From Steroidobacteraceae bacterium (GTDB taxonomy: Bacteria > Pseudomonadota > Gammaproteobacteria > Steroidobacterales > Steroidobacteraceae): 64,000 nt of DNA. Positions 58,179-64,000 of the stretch are shown in pieces. The stretch lies in NCBI GenBank assembly GCA_035542535.1, contig DATKLG010000004.1, positions 20,672 to 84,671 on the forward strand, written 5' to 3'. Under the pieces are notes generated by a model that ran no database searches, was not told the origin of the DNA, and worked only from the letters and a program-made list of their open reading frames with translations. The number at the start of each line of letters is the position of its first letter. Position 1 is the first letter of the stretch. The translations under genes were made by a program, and so were the position numbers.

Positions 58179-59342
58179 ATGTTCACAGTCTGTCCCAAGT
58201 GCGCCTTGACCCTGGTCGTGACCGCGGCGGATCTGCGCGTGGCGCAGGGCTACGTGCGCTGCGGGCGCTGCTCGAGCGTGTTCAACGCGCTGGCGCAGCT
58301 CTCCGACGACCGCGGCTTGCGCGGCGGCGAGGCTGCGCCTCCCGAGCCCGAGCCCGCACCTGAGACGGAGGCGCCGGCGGAGGAAGCCCCCGCACCGCGC
58401 CGCCGCAGCGCGGCGCAGAGCACGCCGCCGCCAGGCCCCGCCGATGAGGAATCGATTCCCGAGGACGCCCTGGAATTCAATCCCGAGACCACGGATGCGG
58501 CCTCGGTGTTCGTCGCGGCGTCGCCCAGCGCTGAGTGGACTGCCGCGACGGGATCCTTCAAGGCGCTGGTCGCGGCGAACCAGGAGACGGCGGCGCCGCC
58601 CGGATCCCCGGGAGCCGGTGAGGTTGATGTCGAGCTCGACGCCGCACTGCTCTCGGACATCGTCGCGAGCGAGCCTGCCGCCTCATCCCCCGTGTCGAGC
58701 CAGCGGCGCCCGGCCGATGTGCCAGCGCGCGCCGAGCGCGCGCCGCCGCAGCCCGTCGAGGCAGCGCCCGAGGAGGACGCGGGACTCCTGGCGCCGCCCG
58801 AACCCGCCGGCGAGCGCAGGACCGCGCGGGGGCCGCTGTGGGCCGCGGGCGCGGTGCTGCTCGCGCTCGTGCTGCTTGCGCAGATCATCAATCACCAGCG
58901 CGACGCGCTCGCCACCGACCCGCGCTTCAACCGGCCGCTGACCGCGCTCTACGCCGCGCTCGGCGTCGCGCTCACGCCGCGCTGGGATCTGCATGCCTAC
59001 GACGTTCGGCAGCTTGGCGCCACGGTGGAACAGGCAAACGGCGGCGCCATCACCGTGCGGGCGAGCATCCGTAACGGCGGCAGCAGACCGCAGCCGCTGC
59101 CGCTGCTGCGCGTGACGCTCCAGGACCGCTTCGGCAACCGCCTCGCCTCGCGCGACGTGCAGCCGCGCGACTACCTGCCGCGCAGCATTCCGCCCGGCGC
59201 ATTGCTCGCCCGGGATCAGCGCATCGACGCCGAGCTCGCCTTCGTCGATCCGGGGGCGAACGCCGTGGGCTTCGAGCTCGATGCGTGCCTGCCGCAGGGG
59301 GGCGGCGTCGCCTGCGCGAACGACGCGAGCGCCCTCAGATGA
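58179..59342 (+). CDS. zinc-ribbon (MJ0042-type) plus DUF3426-like membrane protein
   Basis: The N-terminus is MFTVCPKCALTLVV...YVRCGRCSSVFNA. It is followed by an acidic/Pro-rich linker, one TM segment (LWAAGAVLLALVLLAQII) and a C-terminal beta-rich domain. Its position between prmA and dusB is conserved. Confidence 0.7.
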   Translation: MFTVCPKCALTLVVTAADLRVAQGYVRCGRCSSVFNALAQLSDDRGLRGGEAAPPEPEPAPETEAPAEEAPAPRRRSAAQSTPPPGPADEESIPEDALEFNPETTDAASVFVAASPSAEWTAATGSFKALVAANQETAAPPGSPGAGEVDVELDAALLSDIVASEPAASSPVSSQRRPADVPARAERAPPQPVEAAPEEDAGLLAPPEPAGERRTARGPLWAAGAVLLALVLLAQIINHQRDALATDPRFNRPLTALYAALGVALTPRWDLHAYDVRQLGATVEQANGGAITVRASIRNGGSRPQPLPLLRVTLQDRFGNRLASRDVQPRDYLPRSIPPGALLARDQRIDAELAFVDPGANAVGFELDACLPQGGGVACANDASALR

Positions 59343-59369
59343 ATTGGCGCGGGTTCGGAGAGCCCTAGC

Positions 59370-60359
59370 GTGCGGATCGGGCCTTACGTCCTGCCCTCTC
59401 CGGTCGTGCTCGCCCCGATGGCCGGCGTGACCGATCGGCCGTTCCGCATTCTCTGCCGCCGGCTCGGCGCCGGGCTGGCCGCCTCCGAGATGCTGACGTC
59501 GGACACGCGCCTCTGGACTACGTCCAAATCACGTCGCCGCATGAACCACGAGGGCGAGCCCGAGCCGCGCGTGGTGCAGCTCGCCGGCGCCGACCCCGAG
59601 ACACTGGGCGAAGCGGCACGCCTCAATGTCGCGCTCGGCGCACAGATCATCGATCTGAACATGGGCTGTCCGGCGAAGAAGGTCTGCGGAAAGCTGTGTG
59701 GCTCGGCGCTGCTCACCGACGAGCCGCTCGTGGCGCGCATTCTCGAGACCGTGGTGCGCGCGGTCGATGTCCCCGTGACGCTCAAGATCCGCACCGGCTG
59801 GGATCGTGAGCATCGCAACGGCGTGGAGATTGCATGCATCGCTGAACGTGCCGGCATCGCGGCGCTCGCCGTTCACGGCCGCACACGCGCGGATTACTAC
59901 GCAGGGACGGCGGAGTACGCGACCATTCGCGCCATCAAGGCACGCGTATCGATCCCGGTGTTCGCCAACGGCGACATCGGCGACGGCGAAAAAGCGCGCG
60001 AGGTACTTGATTTCACCGGTGCGGACGGAGTAATGATCGGCCGCGCGAGCCACGGGTCGCCGTGGATTTTCCGCGCTGTCAATCGGGAGTTTCACCGCGG
60101 AATTGCGACGCCGGCACTTCAGCGCAGCGACCTGCGTGATATCATTCTCGCGCATCTCGACTCGGTGTACTGCTTCTACGGCGAGGAGACCGGAGTCCGG
60201 ATCGCGCGCAAACATCTCGGCTGGTATTGCGGGCGGCTGCTGGGTGAGCCGGCGGAGGCCCGGCGGGATCTGATGGGGGCCGCCGATACCAGCGCACAGT
60301 TCGCGCAGGCGCTTAAGCATTTCGGTGAATGGGTGGGCGAGGCTGCTGTGGCGGCCTGA
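59370..60359 (+). CDS. dusB: tRNA-dihydrouridine synthase B
   Basis: (V)RIGPYVLPSPVVLAPMAGVTDRPFR...DLNMGCPAKKV. GTG start. It lies immediately upstream of fis. Confidence 0.93.
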   Translation: MRIGPYVLPSPVVLAPMAGVTDRPFRILCRRLGAGLAASEMLTSDTRLWTTSKSRRRMNHEGEPEPRVVQLAGADPETLGEAARLNVALGAQIIDLNMGCPAKKVCGKLCGSALLTDEPLVARILETVVRAVDVPVTLKIRTGWDREHRNGVEIACIAERAGIAALAVHGRTRADYYAGTAEYATIRAIKARVSIPVFANGDIGDGEKAREVLDFTGADGVMIGRASHGSPWIFRAVNREFHRGIATPALQRSDLRDIILAHLDSVYCFYGEETGVRIARKHLGWYCGRLLGEPAEARRDLMGAADTSAQFAQALKHFGEWVGEAAVAA

Positions 60360-60386
60360 CGAATCGTTTTTCCCGGGGGGTCTTAC

Positions 60387-60680
60387 ATGACGGCAAAGAA
60401 AAAGACTCGGACTCGTGAAGCCGCCGCCGCCAGAGTGAATGGACGCGATCTGCCGCTGCGTAATCACGCCGAACGCGCGCTCAGCGAGTACTTCACGAGC
60501 CTGAACGGCCATCGACCCGCTCACCTGTACGACCTGGTGTTGCGCGAGGTCGAAGAGCCTCTGTTCCGCGTGGTGCTCGACTACGCCCAGGGCAATCAGA
60601 GCCGCGCCGCCGGCATACTCGGTATCAATCGCGGCACGCTGCGCAAGAAGCTGAAGCAGTTCGGACTTGCGGGCTCCTGA
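60387..60680 (+). CDS. fis: DNA-binding protein Fis
   Basis: 97 aa with the C-terminal [29 protein letters not shown]. It forms the dusB-fis pair. Confidence 0.9.
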   Translation: MTAKKKTRTREAAAARVNGRDLPLRNHAERALSEYFTSLNGHRPAHLYDLVLREVEEPLFRVVLDYAQGNQSRAAGILGINRGTLRKKLKQFGLAGS

Positions 60681-60718
60681 AGCCTTGGGCTCCCCGACGC
60701 CATGAGGGGCTGAAGCCC

Positions 60719-62281
60719 ATGTCGTCGCCGCCCGTGCGCCGCGCCCTGCTCTCGGTCTCCGACAAGAGCGGAATCATCGAGCTCGCGCGCCCACTCGCGC
60801 AGCGCGGCGTCGAGATCCTCTCGACCGGCGGCACCGCGCGCCTGCTGGCTGGGGCCGGGATCCGGGTGCTCGAGGTCGCGAGCTACACCGGCTTCCCCGA
60901 GATCATGGACGGGCGGGTGAAGACACTGCACCCGAAGATCCATGGCGGACTCCTCGGCCGCCGCGGCCTCGACGATCAGGTCATGGCGCAGCACGGCATC
61001 GCACCCATCGATCTGCTGGTCGTCAACCTGTACCCCTTCGCCGCGACCGTGGCGCGCCCGGACTGCTCCTACGCCGAAGCGGTCGAGAACATCGACATCG
61101 GGGGCCCCGCGATGCTGCGCGCCGCGGCCAAGAACCACGAGTCGGTGCTGGTCGTGGTCGACCCGGCCGACTACCCGCTGGTCTTGAAGGAGCTCGACAC
61201 GCACCGGGGTGGAAGCGACGCAGCGACGCGCGCCCGGCTCGCCGCCAAGGCCTTCGCCCATACGGCCGCCTACGACACCATGGTGGCCGCCTATCTCGCC
61301 TCGCGAGAGACCGCAGCCGGCTTCCCGGCGACACTGCCCCTCGTCTTCACCAAGGCCCAGGACCTGCGCTACGGCGAGAATCCCCATCAGAGCGCCGCTT
61401 TCTACCGCGACCCGGGTGCGCGCGGCGCGAGCGTCGCCAGCGCCGAGGTTCTGCAGGGCAAAGACCTGTCGTTCAACAATATTGCCGACGCCGACACCGC
61501 GATCGAGTGCGTGCGGCAGCTCGCCGACCCCGCCTGCGTCATCGTCAAGCACGCGAACCCCTGTGGGGCCGCGGTCGCGGCGACGGCGCTCGAGGCCTAC
61601 GAGCGCGCCTACCGCACCGATCCGACCTCGGCATTCGGCGGCATCATCGCCTTCAACCGTTCGCTGGATGCGGCCACGGCCCGCGCCATCACCGCCCGCC
61701 AGTTCGTCGAGGTTCTGGCGGCGCCGGCGGTCGAGGCGGACGCGGCCGCGGTGCTCGCCGCCAAGCCGAACGTGCGCGTGCTCGCCCTCGGCGACTTGAG
61801 CCGCCCCTCGACCGACGCCCGCGAGCTGCGCAGCGTGACCGGAGGACTGCTGGTACAGACGCGCGACCTCGAGGATCTGCCGCCGGGCGAGCTGCGCGTG
61901 GCGACCCGCCGTGCGCCGACCGAGGCGGAGCTGCGCGATCTGAGGTTCGCGTGGACGATATGCCGCTTCGTGAAATCGAACGCCATCGTGCTGGCGCGCG
62001 AGCGCGCCACGATCGGCGTCGGCGCCGGGCAGATGAGCCGCGTCTACTCGACACGCCTCGCCGCGATGAAGGCCGCCGATGAGAAGCTCCCGGTAGCCGG
62101 CGCCGTCATGGCCTCGGATGCCTTCTTTCCGTTCCGCGACAATCTCGACGTGGCCGCAGGCTTCGGGATCCGCGCCGTCATCCAGCCGGGCGGCAGCGTG
62201 CGCGACGCCGAGGTCATCGCCGCCGCCGACGAGCACGGGATCGCCATGGTGTTCACCGGCATGCGGCACTTCCGCCATTAG
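60719..62281 (+). CDS. purH: bifunctional AICAR transformylase / IMP cyclohydrolase
   Basis: 520 aa, [17 protein letters not shown]...[15 protein letters not shown]...FTGMRHFRH. Confidence 0.97.
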   Translation: MSSPPVRRALLSVSDKSGIIELARPLAQRGVEILSTGGTARLLAGAGIRVLEVASYTGFPEIMDGRVKTLHPKIHGGLLGRRGLDDQVMAQHGIAPIDLLVVNLYPFAATVARPDCSYAEAVENIDIGGPAMLRAAAKNHESVLVVVDPADYPLVLKELDTHRGGSDAATRARLAAKAFAHTAAYDTMVAAYLASRETAAGFPATLPLVFTKAQDLRYGENPHQSAAFYRDPGARGASVASAEVLQGKDLSFNNIADADTAIECVRQLADPACVIVKHANPCGAAVAATALEAYERAYRTDPTSAFGGIIAFNRSLDAATARAITARQFVEVLAAPAVEADAAAVLAAKPNVRVLALGDLSRPSTDARELRSVTGGLLVQTRDLEDLPPGELRVATRRAPTEAELRDLRFAWTICRFVKSNAIVLARERATIGVGAGQMSRVYSTRLAAMKAADEKLPVAGAVMASDAFFPFRDNLDVAAGFGIRAVIQPGGSVRDAEVIAAADEHGIAMVFTGMRHFRH

Positions 62282-62293
62282 GCGCGGCGCGCG

Positions 62294-63583
62294 ATGAGAG
62301 TTCTCATCGTCGGCGGGGGTGGCCGCGAGCACGCACTCGCCTGGAAGTGCGCTTCCTCACCGCGGGTGAGCGCGGTGCTGGTGGCGCCGGGGAATGCCGG
62401 CACGGCCGCCGAACCCAAAGTGCGCAACGTGGCGGTCGGCGCCGAGGATCTGCCCGGGCTCACGCGCCTCGCCGCCGCCGAGCGGGTCGACCTCACGATC
62501 GTCGGCCCCGAGGCGCCGCTGGTGGCGGGCGCAGTGGATGCCTTCCAGGCCGCGGGCTTGAGGTGTTTCGGGCCGACGCGCGCGGCCGCACGGCTCGAGG
62601 GCTCCAAGGCCTTCGCCAAGGAGTTCCTGCGACGCCACGGCATTCCGACCGCCCGCTCGATCACCGTGACGCGCGAGAGCTTCGATCCCGGCTGGCTGCG
62701 CGCGCAGCCGACGCCGCTGGTCGTCAAGGCGAGCGGCCTGGCGGCCGGCAAGGGAGTCGTGATCGCCACCTCCCACGAGGAGGCGCTCGGGGCGGTGCAG
62801 GCGATGTTCGCGGGTCGCTTCGGCGGCGCTGGCGCGCAAGTGGTGATCGAGGAGTTCCTCGCGGGCGAGGAAGCGAGCTTCATCGTCATGGCCGATGGCG
62901 CGCACGTGCTGCCGCTCGCCACTTCCCAGGATCACAAGCGCCGCGACGACGGCGATCGCGGGCCGAACACCGGCGGCATGGGCGCCTACTCGCCCGCGCC
63001 GGTGGTCACGCCCGCCATGCACCAGCGGATCATGCGCGAGGTGATCGAGCCGGCGATCCGCGGGCTCGCGGCCGAGGGCCTCCCCTACACCGGCTTCCTG
63101 TACGCCGGTCTCATGATCGCCGCCGACGGCACCCCCAACGTGCTCGAGTTCAATTGCCGGCTGGGTGATCCGGAGACGCAACCCATCATGGCGCGCCTCG
63201 GGTCGGATCTCACCGTACTGTGCGAGGCGGCGCTCGACCGGCGGCTCGAGGGCACGCGCGCCGAGTGGGACACGCGCGCGGCACTCGGGGTGGTTCTGGC
63301 GGCACCCGGCTACCCCGAGAGCGTACGCAAGGGCGACGTGATCGAGGGCCTCGAGCGCGCCGCGCTGCTGCCCGGCAAGATCTTCCATGCCGCCACCCGC
63401 CTCGCGGGCGATGAGGTTCTGACCGACGGGGGACGGGTGCTGTGCGCCGTCGGCCTCGGCACCAGCGTCGCGGCGGCGCAGCGCCAGGCTTATGCGCTTG
63501 CGGACACGGTCCGCTGGCCGGGAGTGCAGTATCGGCGCGACATCGGCTATCGCGCCGTCGAGCGCGAGAGAGCCGGCGCCTGA
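62294..63583 (+). CDS. purD: phosphoribosylamine-glycine ligase
   Basis: [18 protein letters not shown]...[16 protein letters not shown]. Length is 429 aa. Confidence 0.97.
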   Translation: MRVLIVGGGGREHALAWKCASSPRVSAVLVAPGNAGTAAEPKVRNVAVGAEDLPGLTRLAAAERVDLTIVGPEAPLVAGAVDAFQAAGLRCFGPTRAAARLEGSKAFAKEFLRRHGIPTARSITVTRESFDPGWLRAQPTPLVVKASGLAAGKGVVIATSHEEALGAVQAMFAGRFGGAGAQVVIEEFLAGEEASFIVMADGAHVLPLATSQDHKRRDDGDRGPNTGGMGAYSPAPVVTPAMHQRIMREVIEPAIRGLAAEGLPYTGFLYAGLMIAADGTPNVLEFNCRLGDPETQPIMARLGSDLTVLCEAALDRRLEGTRAEWDTRAALGVVLAAPGYPESVRKGDVIEGLERAALLPGKIFHAATRLAGDEVLTDGGRVLCAVGLGTSVAAAQRQAYALADTVRWPGVQYRRDIGYRAVERERAGA

Positions 63584-63590
63584 GGCGCTG

Positions 63591-64000
63591 ATGGCATTCG
63601 ACCACCCCGCGCCGCACGTCATCGAGATCGATGTCGAGGCAGCCGACATCGACGCGTACGAGCACGTCAACAACGCGGTATATCTCACCTGGCTCGATCG
63701 CGCCGCCTGGTCGCACTCGGCCGCGCTCGGCTTGCCGCTCGAGCGCTGCGTCGCGCTGCGGCGCGGCATGGCGGCGCTGCGGACCGAGATCGATTTCGTG
63801 CGCGCGGCGCTCGCCGGGGATCGCGTGCGCGTGGCTACCTGGATCGCCGCCGGCGACGGCCGCCTGCGCGTCGCGCGGCATTTTCAGGTGGTGCGTGCGG
63901 CGGACGAGGTCACGCTGGCACGCGCCCGCACCGACTACGTGTGCATCAACCTCGACTCGGGGCGCGCGGTGCGCATGCCGGAGGTGTTCGCGCGCGCCTA
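63591..64000 (+). CDS. hotdog-fold acyl-CoA thioesterase (4HBT/YbgC-like), 3' end outside window
   Basis: This gene is not in the ORF track because it has no stop inside the window. My translation from ATG 63591 is MAFDHPAPHVIEIDVEAADIDAYEHVNNAVYLTWLDRAAWSHSAALG...RVATWIAAGDGRLRVARHFQVV..., with the YEHVNN hotdog thioesterase pattern. Confidence 0.7.
   Translation, partial: MAFDHPAPHVIEIDVEAADIDAYEHVNNAVYLTWLDRAAWSHSAALGLPLERCVALRRGMAALRTEIDFVRAALAGDRVRVATWIAAGDGRLRVARHFQVVRAADEVTLARARTDYVCINLDSGRAVRMPEVFARA

Overview
This is a dense, high-GC chromosomal segment: hand counts on typical 60-nt lines give about 72-77% GC. Gene content and order point to a gammaproteobacterium with Xanthomonadales/Nevskiales-like synteny; that placement is inference only. 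The supporting blocks are kdsD-kdsC-lptCAB-rpoN-hpf-rapZ, tkt-gap-pgk-pyk, pcm-tolC facing waaA-kdkA, aroQ-accBC-prmA-dusB-fis-purHD, and groESL with a CIRCE element.

I call 54 protein-coding genes. Almost all are recognisable housekeeping functions:
- Kdo/LPS synthesis and transport
- the sigma-54 module
- lower glycolysis
- a PPi-based adk-pfp-hppA module
- chaperonin
- disulfide exchange
- acetyl-CoA carboxylase
- purine synthesis

I recognised no rRNA, tRNA, CRISPR array, transposase, integrase or phage gene. Many long ORFs in the six-frame track are antisense or out-of-frame artefacts of the GC content and were rejected.

The least-explained part is 37.6-45.8 kb. It holds a lower-GC Fic/Doc-like gene whose catalytic His is replaced by Gln. 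That gene sits 5 nt upstream of the first of two large, divergent sortilin/VPS10-like BNR-repeat secreted proteins, which flank a secreted LolA-like protein. This is my best candidate for an uncharacterised module, but I cannot show from sequence alone that it is a functional system.

Other observations:
- A structured intergenic repeat family with compensatory stem changes occurs at two convergent gene junctions, and one copy supplies the 3' end of a CPBP protease gene.
- Adenylate kinase carries a ~72-aa Arg/Lys/Ala/Pro tail.
- The PPi-PFK and a K+-independent H+-PPase both have diagnostic residues visible in the sequence.
- An acylase has signal-anchor coding sequence lying upstream of any canonical start codon; a possible CTG start overlaps the pyk stop.
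- A structured ~140-nt region lies between the groEL stop and its terminator.
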